Shown: piece by piece, positions 49,418 to 52,748 of the stretch
Numbering within the stretch: position 1 is the first letter of the stretch
How the letters are laid out: every line of letters begins with the position of its first letter
Assembly: GCA_029932605.1 (NCBI GenBank)
Contig: JAOZPT010000003.1
Span: 42,591-95,338 of the forward strand
Length of the DNA: 52,748 nt
DNA from: Candidatus Zixiibacteriota bacterium
Lineage (GTDB): Bacteria > Zixibacteria > MSB-5A5 > UBA10806 > 4484-95
Direction: 5' to 3'
Notes under the pieces: model-generated
Told to the model about the DNA's origin: nothing
What the model saw: only the letters and a program-made list of their open reading frames with translations
Database searches by the model: none
Made by a program: the position numbers and the translations under genes

Positions 49418-50317
49418 CTAAAATCCGGCTACGACCGTGAACCGGTGAGCGTTACCCAGGTTATTTTTATAGGCGACAAAAGCATAATCAAATCTGAAGG
49501 TTCGGTAAAAAAGCCCACCGCCAACTGAAAGCCCGCGTGAATCATAATCGGCACCATAACCGGCCCTCAAAACAAAATACTGCTCATGTCGATATTCCAC
49601 ACCAAAATTGTATTTGGGATCGATATCGCTGTAAAATACAGCGTCGGCTGTAAATTCGACAGCCTTTTGAAAAAATGCTGGCTGATATGATAACCCCAGT
49701 CGGTATTCATTGGGTAAAGGATAACTCTTGTTTTCAAATTTTGGTCTGGTGCCGATATTTTTTACAGCTGCTCCAATTGCTACTTCATGATTAAGATTTG
49801 TTCTAACTCCCCCATCGATCATAACAGCATTGGCTGAGGAGTAATCTATTTTCTCATAAGCATACTTAAAAGCAATACCGACATCGACTCCGTTGATCTC
49901 ATACGAGATTATTAGAGCCCCTATGAAATTGTTTTCATCAAAGTTGCCCAATGGTGTAGTTGAGGGCACATCATCACGCCTCTCAAAATCGGCGACTTTC
50001 CCCAGTGAAAGATAACCCCCGATGGTTAAGTCATTGTCTTTAAATGCCAGGCCAAGGTAATTCTGTGAGACATCGCTGAAATAAGAGTTATACATAAAAA
50101 CAGCCTGCCCTTTGCCGGAAAAAGCCCCAAGCAGGGCCGGATTGTAAAAAGCCGAGGTTATGTCATCACCTGAGGCGGTGACCGCCTCGGCCAAAGACGC
50201 AGGCCGTGAACCACTGCCTATACGGAGGAATACGAAACTTGACCTGCCAGCGGAGGCTAAAACCATTCTCGGAAAGGCCATCGATAACGCCAACAATATA
50301 ACAAGTAAACGAAACAT
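49418..50317 (-). CDS. PorV/PorQ-family outer-membrane barrel
   Basis: FLRIGSGSRPASLAEA, SAFYNPA, KNIG, LRAGY, FDYAF, HRFTV; ATG overlaps the upstream TGA. Confidence 0.82.
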   Translation of the reverse strand: MFRLLVILLALSMAFPRMVLASAGRSSFVFLRIGSGSRPASLAEAVTASGDDITSAFYNPALLGAFSGKGQAVFMYNSYFSDVSQNYLGLAFKDNDLTIGGYLSLGKVADFERRDDVPSTTPLGNFDENNFIGALIISYEINGVDVGIAFKYAYEKIDYSSANAVMIDGGVRTNLNHEVAIGAAVKNIGTRPKFENKSYPLPNEYRLGLSYQPAFFQKAVEFTADAVFYSDIDPKYNFGVEYRHEQYFVLRAGYGADYDSRGLSVGGGLFYRTFRFDYAFVAYKNNLGNAHRFTVVAGF

Positions 50318-51312
50318 CAAAATAATATTCTCCCCGTCAAAATGTGATAAGATCCTTCATCTCTTTTTCCGGTCATATAGGCATAATCAAGACCACCATG
50401 AAATCTGCCATACGGATAATACAGGCTTGCCCCGAATGTCAATGAACCATCATCGTAACCGGTACGTATCCCGAACACTTTTCTTTTCAGGGTTGCCCCT
50501 TCGAACTCCTCCTCGGCTTCTTCATCGGGCAAAACCACATTCACCTGCTTTAATAACCAGTATTCACAACCGGCATGTATCTTAAAATCAAGTTGGGTAT
50601 CTTTGACCACATCAACCGTTGTTATCACTGCCTCATCCAGAAAAGAACCAGCACCACCAATTCTAAACACAACCGGAAATTCATCATCGTATTCCTTTCC
50701 TCCACTTCCCCAGTAATTACTCGAATCCCATCGTAAATCCGGACCTAAATTTTGTACAGACAAACCAACCTTTATGTTTCTTTTATATTTAAAAATTCCT
50801 CCAATGTCTGCCACAACGGTAAAAGCGTTGAGTTCATCAAGTTTGGATTGGATATATCTTAAATTCGCCCCGACTGAGAAATAATCGACAATAATCTTTG
50901 AAAAACTAAGAGCTATTGAGTTATGGCTATTGCCGAAATCACCAATCGGGTTGCGGTCGGTGTCACGCATTACAACATCGCTTACCGAGGAATTAATCCA
51001 CGATAGCGCCATCGCCGCCTGATTGCGCACCGGAAATACCATGGCAACGCTATTTAAGTTACGGTCAAGCGTCAGGTTATGATAGGTGAAACCTATCTGT
51101 CGAGCAGGGTTAAGAGCCATTCCGGCCGGATTATAATAAGGAGATTCTATCCCGTCTGCAATAGCGCAAAAAGCTCCTCCCATACCCAATGGCCTGGCTC
51201 CCAGTCCAAACCGTAAATATGCTCCAGCATAACCGGCTTTACCGGTTTCAGAATAAACAGGGATGAAAGTTGTAAGTAAAAACAACAGGATTATTAAAAA
51301 TGTCTTTCTCAT
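50317..51312 (-). CDS. PorV/PorQ-family outer-membrane barrel
   Basis: YLRFGLGARPLGMGGAF, YYNPAG, QNLG, LDYAY. Likely start MRKTFL at 51312 (ATGA overlap). Confidence 0.85.
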   Translation of the reverse strand: MRKTFLIILLFLLTTFIPVYSETGKAGYAGAYLRFGLGARPLGMGGAFCAIADGIESPYYNPAGMALNPARQIGFTYHNLTLDRNLNSVAMVFPVRNQAAMALSWINSSVSDVVMRDTDRNPIGDFGNSHNSIALSFSKIIVDYFSVGANLRYIQSKLDELNAFTVVADIGGIFKYKRNIKVGLSVQNLGPDLRWDSSNYWGSGGKEYDDEFPVVFRIGGAGSFLDEAVITTVDVVKDTQLDFKIHAGCEYWLLKQVNVVLPDEEAEEEFEGATLKRKVFGIRTGYDDGSLTFGASLYYPYGRFHGGLDYAYMTGKRDEGSYHILTGRILF

Positions 51313-52748
51313 TTTATCAGCGCCACCTTTCCCCACCAATCTTCACCGGTGCTAAGTACAATGTTGTAAAAATAAACGCCGTTGGCGACAACATCTCCCT
51401 CATCGTTTTTCCCATCCCAGATATCAATATCAGCCTCCATCGCCTCTTCTCTAAAGGCATTTTCAACCACGGTCCGCACCAGATCGAGATTGAAATCATA
51501 TATCCTTATGGTTACATATGTATCATGATAAGGTTTGTAATGGATCGTGGTCCCACCACGGGCGGATACAAATGGAGAGAATGGAGACGGATAAGCATAA
51601 TGGTCCTCGGGATAAAGCTGGGAACGGTAGACACTCCAGGTGGTGCCACCATCAGTGGTTCGAACTATACCATCCGAGCCACCTGCCCATATCACAGAGT
51701 CGACAACCTCAACAGCATAAAACTCCGAGGATAGAAATGCTTGCTGGCCTGTTGAATCCTCTATCTCATGTATGATTTCCCAGTTCTGATAATCACCACC
51801 CGATATGTAAAGACCGTGACTGCAGGCAACTATCACCGTATCACCTATAAAAGCAAAACCCCAAGCAGAATCAGAAAAAGCCGTTGTCCAGGTCATACCG
51901 TAGTTTGTCGAATAAGCCACACTATAACTTTGGCCGGTATAACCTGCCCCGGGACGGCAGGCAGCCCAGATATAGGTCACTGTATCAGGACGGTTTATTC
52001 CCAGAGCCACCACGAAGTTCCCGGGAAGGCGCTCCTCTTCTGATAGAGTTGTATCAGTGGGATCATATATAATCTGTAAGGCAGTGTCCTGCTTTATGGA
52101 TACGTTATTGTAGTCAGTAAAAATAAATCTGTTGATGCCATAGGCAGTGCCGGCCCAGATAGAAATAGTATCAGGTTCTAAAGTCAAATCAACTTTTACT
52201 GAGAAATAACGGTTGCTGTAACTGCCGTATAGACTATCGACATAATCGGAACTGTCATCGGCATTTAAATAAAGGTTCTCCCAGGTCTGACCGTTATCAA
52301 CCGACCTGATCAAGCCGCCGTAATAACAGGCGCTGTAGATATGGTTCTGATACATATCAAGATCATACGAAAGCATACCATACCAGGTGGCAGCACTAAC
52401 CGTATCGGTGTGCCAGGTCGAGCCGTTATCGATTGTATATGAAAGACCATCTCCAATGGGTATGCCACTCCCACCTTGATACTCGGTATGGGCATTAGCC
52501 ACCCAGACATAAGTGGTGCCATTATAAACCGAAGCCGCCATGGCCGAAACCTCATCGCGTGGAAGACCTGAATTCTCACCAAATGTCCACCAGTTCTGGC
52601 CATCATCAACCGAATACGACGCTCCCCCACCGGTACCAATCCAGATACCAGACGAATCATATACAATCTCAATAACCGAATTGGAAGTTATGCCCTCATA
52701 CGGCTCATCAAGGGTGTAATTCATAAAGGCTATTGCCGATGTTGAAAA
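51309..52748 (-). CDS. Secreted BNR/Asp-box beta-propeller protein with C-terminal FlgD-Ig/T9SS-type domain; 5' end outside the window
   Basis: Asp-boxes SVDDGQNW, TIDNGSTW, SVDNGQTW, STNYGMTW, TTDGGTTW; C-terminal YPSPF...IRIYD...WDGKNDEGDVVANGVYFY. The frame stays open to the window edge (FSTSAIAF before the annotated Met). Confidence 0.82.
   Translation of the reverse strand, partial: FSTSAIAFMNYTLDEPYEGITSNSVIEIVYDSSGIWIGTGGGASYSVDDGQNWWTFGENSGLPRDEVSAMAASVYNGTTYVWVANAHTEYQGGSGIPIGDGLSYTIDNGSTWHTDTVSAATWYGMLSYDLDMYQNHIYSACYYGGLIRSVDNGQTWENLYLNADDSSDYVDSLYGSYSNRYFSVKVDLTLEPDTISIWAGTAYGINRFIFTDYNNVSIKQDTALQIIYDPTDTTLSEEERLPGNFVVALGINRPDTVTYIWAACRPGAGYTGQSYSVAYSTNYGMTWTTAFSDSAWGFAFIGDTVIVACSHGLYISGGDYQNWEIIHEIEDSTGQQAFLSSEFYAVEVVDSVIWAGGSDGIVRTTDGGTTWSVYRSQLYPEDHYAYPSPFSPFVSARGGTTIHYKPYHDTYVTIRIYDFNLDLVRTVVENAFREEAMEADIDIWDGKNDEGDVVANGVYFYNIVLSTGEDWWGKVALIK

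Noticed and set aside
1..52748. CRISPR arrays, retrons/DGRs, prophage or defence islands
   Set aside because: By eye I saw no regularly spaced direct repeats and no cas, reverse transcriptase, integrase or phage genes; the only tandem repeats are protein-coding.

Overview
AT-rich bacterial chromosomal window (roughly 40% GC by eye) from a diderm organism. PorV-like barrels, a T9SS/FlgD-Ig-type C-terminal domain, a PG0541-family protein and a TSP3-OmpA suggest the FCB superphylum, perhaps a candidate phylum such as Zixibacteria (inference only). It holds a housekeeping core (tRNA-Leu(TAG), tig, clpP, clpX, engB, purA, tsaA) and many envelope/transport loci: a LolA-like/LolCDE-like ABC operon with a barrel, MlaEFD, a TetR-TolC-MFP-RND-PII-like efflux operon, an orphan TolC, a TonB-dependent receptor, MFS and ZIP transporters, and a GT2/flippase pair. 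It also has two nitroreductases, a large GH13 and several uncharacterised proteins. I found no CRISPR array, integrase, transposase, reverse transcriptase or prophage gene. The most unusual signals are: (i) a GC-rich, promoter-preceded, structured non-coding segment (22310-22440) divergent from a GIY-YIG-like protein with degenerate catalytic motifs; (ii) a secreted DA1-like zincin with six tandem C4 zinc fingers; (iii) a doubly frameshifted DUF3795 gene with an intact paralog nearby; (iv) a secreted protein with about 12 DxxGxDxY repeats; (v) a T9SS-like cargo gene translationally coupled to two PorV-like barrels. Family calls come from motif recognition, not database searches.
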